NCBI RefSeq assembly: GCF_004010195.1
Contig: NC_057718.1
Location: forward strand, 65,556,919 to 65,620,918
DNA: 64,000 nucleotides
Direction: 5' to 3'
Source of the DNA: Chiloscyllium plagiosum
Taxonomy: Eukaryota
Under the pieces are notes generated by a model. That model saw only the letters and a list, made by a program, of their open reading frames with translations. It had not been told where the DNA came from and did no database searches. Of the stretch, positions 12,325-24,484 are shown piece by piece (position 1 is the first letter of the stretch; every line of letters begins with the position of its first letter). A program made the translations under genes and the position numbers.

Positions 12325-13350
12325 TAGTTAAGAAGGCACATTGGACACATGCCTTTATCAGGTTGAGGCATACATTAAGTAAGGAGGTTATGTTGGAGCT
12401 GTACAAGTCTTCTGTTAGGCCACAGCTAGAGTACTGTGTGCAATTCTGGTCATACTATAGAAAGGATGTGATTGTCCTTGAGGAGATGCAAAGGAAATTG
12501 ACCCAGTGAAAAATGATTGCATAGTGTCACTATTCTCTGGCATCACCTTAAAATACAAAAAACCCCACATAGAATATAATGGCAGGAAAATAGAGAGTTT
12601 TGCAGTCCTCAAGTACCTTGCCATGGGCCTGGTGGTCAAAGTGCGAGTCCCTTTGCCATACTGCTGGAATGAAAGTCACCACTCTTTGCCATCTTGCCTC
12701 CATTGATGCCCTTGCCACAGTCTTCATTGGACCTTGCCAATGCAGACACTACATGTCACTGAGTACTGCACCAGCCCAAATGTGAGTCTGCTTTTGGCCC
12801 ACCTTGCTGATGTTGCCATCTCCATGAATCTGCACCAGGTGCCGATGCTATTGCCACAGCTGAACTCAAGGTAAGTAAAATAAGAGGAAAAAGAGACAAA
12901 AGAAAAGTGGATGAACACCGGGCTCAGCTTTAAAGTGAGAGTCGATTCTCTCAAGTTTTCTTTAAAGCAGAGAGGTTTGCTGGAAAAAGCTTTTTTTTAG
13001 ATAGAGGTATATAAGATTGAGAGCATGGACAGTGTGGATATGAAGCACCTGCTTTCCTTAGTTATAGGGTCAGTAATAAGGGAGCACAATTGTAAGCTGA
13101 AAGACAGGAATTTAAAGGTGAGTTTTCACCCGAAGAAAGATAAGGGTCTGGAATGCACTGCGTTGGCATACGGTTTATGTGGAAAACCTCTCAATCTTTT
13201 AAAAAGTACTTGGATGAGTACTTGAAATGTTATCAAAGGCAAGGCAATGGGCCTAGTGCTATGTAATTGGGCACCTTTCGATTTACTTTATTTTTGCTGG
13301 CACAGACTCAAAGGGCTGAAGGGACTCTTATGTATTTCTGATTCTGACTT
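12325..13350 (+). mobile_element. Fragmented old CR1 3' region (pieces ~12325-12500 and ~12990-13350)
   Basis: EVMLELYKS, RPQLEYCVQFWS and LIEVYK-like remnants plus a decayed tail. Confidence 0.65.
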
Positions 13351-13380
13351 TCTATGAATAAGATTGTGTTCTTTTCAGAC

Positions 13381-13465
13381 ATTCCTGATGAAGGGCTTAT
13401 GGCCGAAATGTCGATTCTCTTGCTCCTCGGGTGCTGCCTGACCTGCTATGCTTTTCCAGCACCAT
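13381..13465 (+). mobile_element. Short Penelope-derived fragment with hammerhead core
   Basis: cctgatgaagggcttatggccgaaatgtcgattctc...gctgcctgacctgc...ttttccagcacc; homologous to 17379-17510 and 40894-40983. Confidence 0.7.
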
Positions 13466-16400
13466 GCTCCCTTCCCTGAGAAACCGGATGGCACCAACTC
13501 CCAACGTGAGGGTCAGAGCAGTTACCTGTTGCCATAGCTCACTGCTTGCTTCTCAGAGCCATCATCTAGTTGCACTATAACTACCATTTCCCAAATGAGT
13601 CACACAAATAGACATTGCCAAGCCACCAGCCTTCTGACCTCATGGGTGCTTTCGGGCACCATTCCAGAACTTCACTTTGGAGCTCAGGAACATTTATGCC
13701 CAGCATGCTACTGTCAAAGTGCATTGTGCATAGGGTAACATACCCATCACTTCTATCAATGATTCATGTTATGTCTAATCTTGCTTTCTTAGTGCTCACT
13801 CATTTTGTTTACTTTTTGAGGCTCTCAGCATCTCCTAGCTTGCTTTGGGTTTGAGCATAAGTGGTAAGGCAGGTCTTAGCTGTCATTGTTGGAAGTATGA
13901 ACAGTCCAAGGTGGTGGATGTGTTGTCTGGCAGTACTGTGTCAATATCACACCTGCAGTATGTGCCAGCAACTTGCACGTCAAACACATTGCATGTGTTT
14001 TAACCAAATGGCCATATCTGAACATCAAAGGGCAGCACACCTTTATTGAGGTCAAGGGAGACTAGTCAGGTAGGTGTCATCACAATCATTCCAGGAGTTT
14101 GTTTGATTACAGTACAGAAGGTTGGCTGCATTCAGTCAATTGGAGCTACTGCTGGGCAAGGGTCATTGTCTTTGCAGTTGGTGTAGGTCAAGTCCAACTA
14201 GTCTGGGGATTATAGATAAATCAGTCAAGGTCCTTTGGAAATATCAGTCTGGGGCTTGGGCCATACTTGATTAAAGGACAGTGGATTGCTTTTATGGGCA
14301 TGGCAATACAGCAAGCAATGGGCTGAGGGAGAAAATGGAAGATATTTATAGTCAAATGAAAGATTGGACAGGAACTTGAAAGTTAGGATTGATAAGGACA
14401 GCAACAAAAACTGTGGAAGATGAATGCTGAGATATGAACTCTGACTATTGGACACTGTAAATTCCTCATGAGAACTAGGTAAGGTGCCATCTTTCACCAA
14501 ATCTCCACTGTGCAACAAGGAAACAAAATAGCAGCTAGCATTTTCAAAATTGTTGGAGTAATTTTGTCTGCATGGACAGGTGAACATGGTTCTTATGAGG
14601 CCAAGTTAGGGGCAATTGCATTAATCAGGTGTCTGTCAATTTTAGTTATGCCACGTAGCTGCCATCAAACATTGCTCAAAGCCTCAGTGCTGCTATCCTT
14701 ATACACTGAACTGTAAGTATGTAAATAGCATACATACAAGTATGTAAGAGCATACTTAAGGTCTGATATAATGAGTGGTGTATTTTATGTGGGACCACGC
14801 GTGGTGGGATGGCAAGAATATGTACGGTGATAACTCTGGTGTGCTTTTGACTTGGTCAATATCAAATGAGATGTGCAAAGTTGTCGATACTTAACTGGTA
14901 CAAGTTTCTTTCAGTAATATCTGTACTTTTTGTCTTCTATTTCAGTGTTCAATCATCATTTGAATGGACATGCTAGATGAACTCTGCGTCCTTTTTTATA
15001 AAAGCGCATGCCTGCCTAGGAATTCAGTTTTTACTCTGTTGACCTTGTGAGGAATTTGCACTTTGTTCTTTGTTTTTGTGTCCCTGACCCTATAGCAAAC
15101 CTGAGCTGAATTACTGTTCAGCTGTTGACTTCATTACTGTTCAGAAAATGCCTGCTATCTCGAGACTTGAACCTGCAGCAATGAAGGACTTGTGTTCTGA
15201 CACGTTACAATTGTATGCAAGTTTTACAACCTGTAGAAATTGGCCCATTTTAGTCTGTTATTACCTTTTAGGCAAGTTATAGTGTGTCTTTTAATTGGCT
15301 ACTTTGGTGGGAATTGTTTAAAATTCTTATTAGTCACTGATCTGCCAAAAAAGCTGTACAAGAGCCTGGGGTTAATTTGTGAAGAAATGCTTGCACAGTG
15401 AATCACCACCCATGTATTTTTTTTAACAAACTTTTGAGCTATGTGTCAATCCTGATCTGCAATAACAATCACTAACAAAATAGTGTACAGTACTTTTGTG
15501 CATGTGGATCTGCCTAGTGCATGGCAGCAAGGCTGTACTGTATTGTTAAAGCAAGTGTTCCCTTCTTTGCCTCCAGAGGTTCACTATGCAGTGTTTAGGA
15601 CTAATTTTCCACGTTATTTTATAGGTAACATAATTCCAATCTGAGTTTGCAGTTTTACCTCAGAAGCCATTTGCCAGTCAACCTAAAGTACATTTTTCGC
15701 CATTTTCGAAACAAGATTCAATCCAAATCTGAAGTACATGTTTTACACTGAGCTATTATATTTTTGATATTTGAATCAGGAGTATATTTTATAGTTATCT
15801 TTTTTGAGAGCGGAGCATACCTTTTGCAAATTTCAAATATACAATGATGTGGTTACAAAGTACATCAGCAAAGCTTAAAAACAGAATTTGGAGCAACTCC
15901 AGTGCCTTTTGCTTTTCCTCCATTCTTAAGAAAGGTTTGTGAAAACAAGCAGTGCAACTGAACAGTCCCTAAAATAGGCAAAATGCAACCTGGGCTCCAG
16001 TGTTCATACTCCTCTATATGCTAGCTATCTGGGAAAAACCACCCCAGAGAAAAAGTCTATCTTGCCAGAAGCATTTATGCTCTGGTAACAGTTGCCTCCA
16101 TCATCATATGGATAAACATGGGTATGCCTTTTTAAGCTTGGTTGGGTATGTATAGACTTCCTTACCAGCCGTTTTATCTCCCTCCCTAGTTCTTGGTCCT
16201 GGAATTGAGAAGCAGTAGAGTTACACAGTTGTAAGCAGTGTTAATGCCAACAGTCAAGTATTTAATCATTTATTAGGGATTGAGTAATTGTGGATTTGCT
16301 TATCTAAAACAGTAAAACACTTGAAAAGCTATCTAGCAAATACAACAACCAACTAATTTCTGTATGACAACTTCTAAATCCAAAGTAGGCTAACAACTAG

Positions 16401-17378
16401 GTGGAGTCTCAATATTGTATACACACAGCACTTGGAATCTGTAAATACCAAGTGTACACACGACAGTTGAAAGCCAGCAAAGATGCTGTTTGAGGAAAGT
16501 CCAACTGAGGAGGTGCAGGAGGTTTGTTAACAGAGGCCAACCTGGATTTCCCCCCCATCCCCGCTCCGCCAAAGGGAACTGTTTGGAGAAACTCCTGAGG
16601 TGTTAACTGTTGAAATTATATCTTATTCCAGCTTGAAAGATTTGAACATAGAATGACTTCATTTTGTTGTGGAGAAAGGGGGGAGTTTGGAAACTCTTAA
16701 GAAAATAGTCCCTGTAAGCATATTCAGTGTTGTTTGCAATTTATCTGCATTGTTTGTCTTGTAACATGTTATCAGCTATAAATTGTCCCCCTCTAAGTTT
16801 GGCTGCAATTACTCTATGTAATCTGAAGGCAGATAGTTGTGATGACAAACTTTTAACTGTTTTAATGTTCTTGCCATTTTAGTTCTTGTTCATATTCACT
16901 GTGTAAAAATACTCATGGCTGAACCAAACAGTTTGTTTATATTGAGAGACAGATGCATTTTCAGAAATAATGCTTCATTTAATTCTGCAAGCTGAGAAGA
17001 AAAAAATAATGTTTAGGCCGTCAGACTGTTCACTCATTATTTTAAAAAACAAAATTAATTGTGACACAAGTATGATCCGAAGAAAGTATTGTTATCAGGG
17101 ATAGCAAGCCAAACCAAATCAGCCTTATTATCACTGGATTTGCAGCACAGTAGAATTAAAATATTCAATGATGCGCAAAATCTTCCAATTTCCTAACCAG
17201 ACTGTTTCAATAACAGATCTTGAACACCAAGTTTATAGCTTAAAAATAAATTTATTAATACTGTAACAGGACAAATCTAAACAGCAAGGTAATCTAATTA
17301 ATATCTGATTTTATACCCAATCTTCTTTGATCATATCTCTCTACAACAAACAGACAGCTAAGGGATAAATTGGAAATA

Positions 17379-17674
17379 TTTGAGGAGAAAGTGAGGTCTG
17401 CAGATGCTGGAGATCAGAGCTGAAAATGTGTTGCTGGAAAAGCGCAGCAGGTCAGGCAGCATCCAGGGAACAGGAGAATCGACGTTTCGGGCATAAGCCC
17501 TTCTTCAGGAATGAGGAAAGTTTGTCCAGCAGGCTAAGATAAAAGGTAGGGAGGAGGGACTTGGGGGAGGGGTGTCGGAAATGTGATAGGTGGAAAGAGG
17601 TCAAGGTGAGGGTGATAGGTCAGACTGGGGTGGGGGCGGAGAGGTCAGGAAGAAGATTGCAGGTTAGGAAGGCA
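17379..17674 (-). mobile_element. Penelope-like element 3' terminal fragment with 14-bp TSD
   Basis: Perfect direct repeat ataaattggaaata at 17365-17378 and 17675-17688; contains a hammerhead core and a pyrimidine-rich (minus-strand) upstream tract. Confidence 0.75.
17477..17512 (-). ncRNA. Minimal hammerhead ribozyme motif (PLE type)
   Basis: Minus strand: auuc-CUGAAGA-a-GGGC-uuau-GCCC-GAAA-C-GUC-gauu. Conserved core, 4-bp stem II and palindromic ACGU stem III; stem I is weak. Confidence 0.65.
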
Positions 17675-18084
17675 ATAAATTGGAAATAAAATATTGTAAT
17701 TTTCTAGTTCAATTAAACAGTTTCAAATGATGGATGCCAAACCTTCATGCAACCCTTGGATAATGGGTTATTCATAGTCACATAACTAGGTATCAATTTT
17801 CAAAATTACCAATGAATGTGAACAGTTCAGTTGACTTCCAGAATTATTTACTTTTTTCTTACAGACTGGGATTCTTTTGTCAGAACATTTGTCAATTCTT
17901 TAACTGTACAGGAAACTAGAGTAAAAAAAGAGTAGCCAGTCCTGAAGCTTTCAAAATCACTTTGCACCAGCCAAAATCAAGTGAGGACCTATTTACTTCC
18001 TCCTTTTACATTTTTGATCAATATTCTGTGTGGCTGGCTGGATAGCACTCGTCCTCCCCAATTAACCAACTCAACATCCAACCA

Positions 18085-18180
18085 ACAAACAGAAATTGCT
18101 GGAAAAGCTCAGTAGGTCTGGCAGCATCTGTGGAGATAAATCTGTTAACAGTTTGGGTCCAATGACCCTTCAGAACTGAT
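18085..18180 (-). mobile_element. Old Penelope-terminal-repeat-like fragment, degenerate hammerhead
   Basis: aacagaaattgctggaaaagctcagtaggtctggcagcatctgtggag...; minus strand reads ctgaagggtca-ttg-gacccaaac. Related decayed pieces lie near 19690-19800, 20365-20460 and 26965-27060. Confidence 0.5.
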
Positions 18181-20726
18181 GCAACATGCAAGCAACTGCC
18201 AAACCTGGGAGTTGGATAGTGCTCTGTGTTGCTTAGATTAGTAATTAAGTCACAATCTCCAGGACAGTCACCAACAATAAACATCTGTTTGTTTATTTCC
18301 CTTTTATAAAACACAGTTGTTCAAAGTTCAAATCTTAGTTTTACTGAATAAAATGAAGAAAAATAAGAGAAATTGTGAGGGGCTGTACAATATATTGTTA
18401 TAAAACATTTGAGAATGAATTCTCGAATTTTTAAAGTTACAAATGGCATGGCTATGTTATTGAAAAAGCAAATGAAACCTAGAGTTGCCAGAAGTTCTGT
18501 TTTTTTTGTTTGTTGGCTTGCTTTTAAGGACACATCAAATTTCAAAAATTTATTTCCTACCCAGCTAGGTGTAGCATTAAGAGTGCTTAAACTTTCCATT
18601 GATGTAAGTACCTCAGAAATCCAAACACTTAAGTTGTACAATATGTCAATTTTTAGCAAGCACTGAAACACAAACTCTTTGCTTATAAAATGTGGCTCCA
18701 ATATCCAAAGCTTTGTGTTAAGTTTATGCAGTTCAATGTTTGCAATTGGATAAATTCTCATTTCACAGCTAGTTAAGTTTGCTGGATGGCCAGTTGCAAT
18801 ACAAAGTGATGTCAATAGCATGGTTTCAAAAGGGCCCTTGTATGGTGGTAGTGTTCCTACCACTGGACCAGAAAATGTGAGTTCAAGTTCTGTCCCTGAG
18901 GATGAGAACATTCTGAACAGGTTGATTAGAATGTACCTGCAAACTATTAGTAAGTTTTTAATTCAATTGTGAAATCTGTGCTTTGTATATTAACTAATGG
19001 ATTTTTTTTTACCCACCTGTTTACAGATTAAATAAATCTTGCATCAAATAAGATATCAGAGACCTTTATCCACCCATATTTCAGGGTGGAGCTTTTTCTT
19101 GAACTGTTCTGATCCCAACTGATAAAGCATAAATGTGATCTGGTGACTGTCTTTCACACCTTGCTGGCCATTGCACCTACAAGATTAATATCTGAGCATA
19201 GTAATATTTGCTTTGAATTGCCTTACACACAATGGTGATGGTTCACAATAATGAGTTAGAGAAGGGACTGTTGCTTACGTAGTGGCTTTCACTGCTTTTA
19301 CATCTAATTTTGAAGAGCCGTTATTGTAATAATGCAGAAACCAATTTGCATTTCCAGTCCCACAAAAACTGTATTATAATTTCCAGATTGTTCTTAGTGC
19401 TTGAAGGATATGTATGGGCCAGGAGATTAGGAGAACCTCTCAACAACTTATGGCCATGGGATTTATTAGCTCAATCTAATTGTCAGGCCCTCAATTAATT
19501 TCTTGTGCAAAAGTTGACATCACTGTTTTATAAGGGTCTGAAAGGGTAATGCTTTGGAATGCCTTGTATTGCCATCCATTATGGGTTTGGTAGGGAGAAC
19601 ATTTAAGATCTTGAAGCAGTCAGTCTTAATATCTTGGTCTTGTTCATAACCTCTATAACAATGTCTGCCACAATAAATTACTTGAATCTTGAAAAGACTT
19701 GACTGTATTCCGCTCTCTACAGATGTTGCCAGAGCTGCTGGGTTTCCCAACATTTTTTGTTTATATTTCAGGTTTCCAGCATCCGAGTATTTTGCTTTCA
19801 ATTAACTGTTACCACTTCAGCCATCCAGTAAATGGCAGGAAAGATAGTTGTGCTTTGAGCTTGATTCAGTTGGTAAATCAGACCAGGCTTATTGTAATTT
19901 TACCTGGCTTTAGTTTTTATGGAAAAAAAAATTTTCTTTCACCACCCATGCCACTAACATGTGCTTCTTATAAAAAACATGCAAGATGTATACTATATTC
20001 TGGATGGTGCATCTTCGATTGCCTATTTTCTCCCTCCCCTCTCTGACTACTACATCTTAAATGTGGGCATTTGAGCCCAAGTAGTTAGAGGTGGAAATAT
20101 TTAAGCAGCCAGTTGTTCATCTGAAGTTTCGAATTATTTCATAATGTAAATTTACTGCTACATTCAAAGTCCCCTGCTGAAGCACTTGAATGGTAGCTTG
20201 TGTATATGTCTTGCTTCTAATCTGTCAAGTTGTGCTGAGCCAAATTGGGAAAATTATGCTCATACTGGAATGTTCTGAATTGTTTAGGTAGTTACAAGCC
20301 AAATTTAAAGTGAGGTGGCATGATTAAAAGATGGGGGGGATAAAGCAAATAACTTTAACGTGTGAAAGCAAAACACCACATATGCTGGAAATCTGAAATA
20401 AAAACTGAAAATGGTAGAAATACTTATCCGGTTGAGTAGCATCTGTTGAAGGACAAGTAATGTTTACTTTGAAGGTCACTGGGATTTCATTAATTTCTGT
20501 CATGTTTTGTGCTTGAGTAGCCAGGATTTACTTGAAAAACTCAAGCAAGTTTATTAACAGTTTACACAGTATTTGCATTTATAGGTCGCGAAATGTGTAA
20601 CCACCAACAAGCATTACTTCTGCATGACTGAATGAATGTGGCTGTTGGTCACGTAGTTTGCGTACTTGTCCTTGATCCATTAGCATATCAAGATGTTGAA
20701 GCAAAACAGCTCTTAAAACATTAATA

Positions 20727-21013
20727 CCGGTATCCAATCCTTTATCCGAAATCCTTGGGGCCAATTGTTTTTCAGATTTCAGAATAAATTACATTTTCAC
20801 AGTGAAATAAAAAAAACTTACCGAGCGGCAGACCCATGTGCGACTAGTACAAGCAGTGAGACACAATTGACGCCTGTCAGTGCTGGACCACGTGCCATGT
20901 CAAATCTGAGTGATGTGGGTCAAGTGGGTGTGAAGTTGGGTCACCTGTTTGCACTCCAAAAACACTTGATGAAATAAACATTTTTGAATTTTGGATAAAG
21001 GATTGTGTACCTG
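20727..21013. mobile_element. Tc1/mariner-superfamily (pogo/Tigger-like) MITE
   Basis: TA at both flanks; ~26-bp imperfect TIRs, left ccggtatccaatcctttatccgaaat and right (rc) caggtacacaatcctttatccaaaat. Confidence 0.75.
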
Positions 21014-21039
21014 TATAATACTTTCTACACTAGAACACT

Positions 21040-21230
21040 ACCATGAGAAGTGTAGGGACAGCCAATGCAAAGGAACACTGCTACTTACAAGTTCCCTCCA
21101 CGTCTCTCACCATCCTGACTTGGAACTATGTTGCCTTTCCTTCACTGAGTCAAAATCCTGAACCTCAATTTCTAATGGTGCTGTGATTGTATTTCCAACC
21201 GATGGATTGCTGTCTTTCAAAAAGATTCAT
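21040..21230 (+). mobile_element. 3' fragment of an old CR1/L2-superfamily LINE
   Basis: caccatcctgacttggaactat...aaaatcctg is the reverse complement of sequence at 59160-59230. Confidence 0.55.
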
Positions 21231-21244
21231 TGTTGCTCTGCCCT

Positions 21245-21845
21245 GGGCAGCATGGTGGCTGAGTGGTTCAATTCCACCCTTGGGTTATGATCTGTGTGTG
21301 GATTCCTAGAATCCCTACAGTTTTGGAGACAGGCCACTCGCTCCATTGAGTCCACATCGACACACTGAAGAGCATCCCACCCAGACTTACCCTCTGATCC
21401 CTGTAACCCTGCCTTTCTCATGGCTAATCTACCTAGGCTGCACATCCCTGGGCACCGTGTGAGCAATTTAGCATGGCTAATTCACCTAACCTGCACATGT
21501 TTGGATTGTGGGAGGAATGCGGAAATCCATGCAGACTCTGGGAGAATGTGTGAACTCCCACACAGATAGTTGCCCAAGGGTGGAATTGAACCTGGATCCC
21601 CGGAGTTTGCATATTCTGTCAGTCCAAAGATGTGCAGGTTCGATGGGTTGGCCATGTTAAACTGCCTATGGTGTCCAGGGATGTACAGACTGGATTAGCC
21701 ATAGGAGAGGCAGGGTTACATGGATAGGGTGGGGTTGGGGGGTGAGAGAGGTAGTGGGTCTGGGTGAAGTGCTGTTCGGCAGGTCAGTATGGACTGAATG
21801 GGCGACATGGCCTGCTTCCACACTGCAAGGATTCTATGATTCTAA
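21245..21845 (+). mobile_element. HE1-type SINE (+) interrupted by an oppositely oriented HE1-type SINE (~21302-21601, -)
   Basis: Head gggcagcatggtggctgagtggtt, resuming at ggagtttgc...cagtccaaagatgtgcagg and ending in tail gattctatgattct; the inner segment is the reverse complement of the SINE body. Confidence 0.75.
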
Positions 21846-23329
21846 ACCCCAGCTGCCAATGAGAAGGTGATAATATTAGCCTATCCAGTAATCTCATTTT
21901 AAAAGAATTATAGTTCATTCTTGTATAATACGCATTTTGTAACACGAATTGGCTGTAACACAATTGATGAATTGTAGGTGCTGTTTGGATAACGCAAACT
22001 TTCTATCGAACGGATATAGCAATTTTTCTATAGCTATTTTCCATAGCGTAATTTTCTCTCTCTCAAGTTGCAGAGGAATGCAAATGTTGGGACCTGTAAG
22101 AGAAAAAGCAAGGTCTCTGACCTGATCATTTCTTGAATTTTTGTTTTATCCTACCTTGCTTTTCTTCCTATTTTTCACTTAATATGACACTTATAAATGC
22201 TCTTTAATTGGATACTGAGCGTCTAATAGGGTTTCCTATTCTATCACTGTTAAATGTACGAACAGGAGAGGGCCCTTTGCACCTGACCAGCCTTTCACAA
22301 TGAACTGCAACTGACTGTTGATTTAATTAATCTACCTTCCTTCCAATCCCTTGACATGACACACCTGCCAATTTTGCTTTTGAAAGCTCTAATTGTCTCA
22401 GCACGCACAACAATTTAGGGGAGAGAATTCTGGATTTCTTTGCCTAAAACATGCCAGCACTCATGAGCAAGTCAGCCTCCTGCTCAGCTGTCTGTAGAAA
22501 ATCAAATAATTTGATATCAGGAAGAACTGGCAAAATTCTGTTTATAAAAGGAAGAATACGTTTATTTCTATGTACCAAAATAGTACATCATGTATGTTTA
22601 AGTGCAGTGTGTGTGGTAACTTTCCATTTCTCTTTTTGGCAGCCTTGCATAAAGACACTATATTTAGAAAATGCCTGAGAATAATTTCCTTTGTGGGAAC
22701 ATTGAATTAAACTGCGATTGTTTGTAACAGCCTTCTAAAACCTTTATTATTTATAATTGGTATTTCTTTAAAATAGGTCTTCAGCTTTGAGTTTTTAAAA
22801 ATTATAATACATAAGTGTAACAATATAATGTTGGATTGACATCATTCCTCGAAATCTTTAATCCTTCTTTTAAATTGCCATATTTAAAGATTAAGATTAA
22901 GCAAGCATAGACTTGAAGGCTTCAAGATTTCCTTCTGTGTTGTATGTATTCTGTTTCTTTTGTCTTTGCAAGTTGCACCCTGTTTTATGTTCTGGTTCCC
23001 ATAGTTAGAAATGATCACACCTGAGATGCAAAGTTTCAGTGTGTTTCTTGCACCTGGCTGCTGGGCTGAGAGATTGTTGCTCAAGTGCAACAGTGAATCT
23101 GGTGCCCTGGGATATCTATTTACATGACAGTACATTTCTCACTCTTTTTAGAAATAATATAACTATCTTCCTTCTTCCGTTAAAAGAAACTAATGACCCA
23201 CATCAATTCAACTGTTCCAATAATTTTTTTTCTGAACCAAATTAACGAATGGCATCCATTAAACAGAACTTGGTGTGTATTATAGATTATTTTGTTTTCT
23301 CAACATTTTCTTAAGTGCTACCAAAGCTT

Positions 23330-24160
23330 TAATGCCACCATCTTGTAGCTTTGGCAATTATCACAGTCAGCCGTAAGGAGGCATACTACGTAGCTGATGG
23401 TGTGCATGTTGCTCCTTGTGTTGTTGTTAGTCTTGTCAATCTTGCTAATGTTGTTACTTCTGACATGGTTGATGTTGTGCCACTTGGTGATATTGTCTCA
23501 CCAGTTACCAGGGGTGTAGTATAAATATTGACTCTGTTAAGCAAATGATAATAGTTTCCATCTGTGATATGTGACCTTGGAAAATCTGTTTTACAAGCAA
23601 TTATTACTGGATTTCAAGAACAATTAAGACAGGCATTTAACATGGCTGTTTAAGTGTTGACCTCCACCTCAGCGGGTTGTTTCATATTCTCTTGGTCACT
23701 TGGAGGAAGTATCTTATTTGGTGGCATTGGCTCATACTTACCTCTTCAACCGCTCTGCTGATGATTTTATGATAGCCTTGATGTTTAGATTAGGGGGACA
23801 GTAAGTCAAAGGTTGAGTCCTCCTTTTTATGTTTCTGTATTTGAGAGGGATTCCTTGTGGATGTGTCCATTTTGGAAATTGTGATGTTGGGTCCATGCTA
23901 TTCAGTGATTTGAAGAGGTGGATTGAGTGCCATTGTCGCATATTATTTCACAAATCTCTTCAAACAAAAGTCTTGTTGAAGTGTTAGTGGTTCTCAAATG
24001 TTGCAGCTTTTGGATAAAAGAATACTTTTGGTATTTTACAGTTGCAGACTATTACTCATTCTTGATTGTTAGTGAAGAAATTGGCTCCAATGTATGATAG
24101 TTTGTGTCCTACTTCAGCTTTCATCTCCTCTTTTATCTGTGTCTTACTTACCAGGTGAGT
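23330..24160 (-). mobile_element. Decayed Gypsy-type LTR retrotransposon integrase fragment
   Basis: Minus-strand remnants IGANFFTNNQE...KYSFIQKL...LLFEEICEIICDNGTQ resemble the rve core; the WYFTVADYYS segment is present but locally inverted; further downstream are KSSAERL and PRSH-like remnants. Confidence 0.65.
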
Positions 24161-24484
24161 AGTGTATGGAGAGAGATGAGGTACATTTTGTAATTGTCGT
24201 TTGCTGTGAACAAAGAGTAAGAGTGAGAGACCTGCGTTTGTTGACGAGTCGGTAAGGTTGTGTCTTTAGTTAAGGTTGATTTAACCGATAAGGTTTGAAA
24301 TGGCAGGAGAACTTGGTACTGTGGAATGCTCCTCCCTCAACATTTTGCAAAGTTGGGGAACTTCCAATGTTCATGGTGACTACGTATGCAGGAAGTATGT
24401 TCAGCTGCAGCTCTTAATATGCCACATGGAGTGGTTGGAGCTGTGGGTGGATTCACTATGGAGCAGTTCTGAGGTTGAATATAG

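Noticed and set aside
12860..12880. Consensus splice donor AAG|gtaagt (also CAG|gtgagt at ~24154)
   Set aside because: No convincing acceptor or CNKSR-like reading frame upstream; such motifs occur by chance.
14714..14760. Short quasi-repeat (aagtatgtaa...agcatac)
   Set aside because: Low-complexity two-unit repeat with no array structure; not CRISPR-like.
14900..15550. Repeat-poor stretch that might be a conserved non-coding element (also ~22450-23300 and ~31100-31700)
   Set aside because: Conservation cannot be judged from a single sequence; needs a multi-species alignment.
17058..18256. attgtgac...gtcacaat inverted ends suggesting an LTR or transposon
   Set aside because: No matching target-site duplication; boundaries unsupported.
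18321..18911. 196-aa minus-strand ORF
   Set aside because: No recognisable domain, AT-rich, non-ATG start and overlaps SINE-like remnants; most likely a chance ORF.
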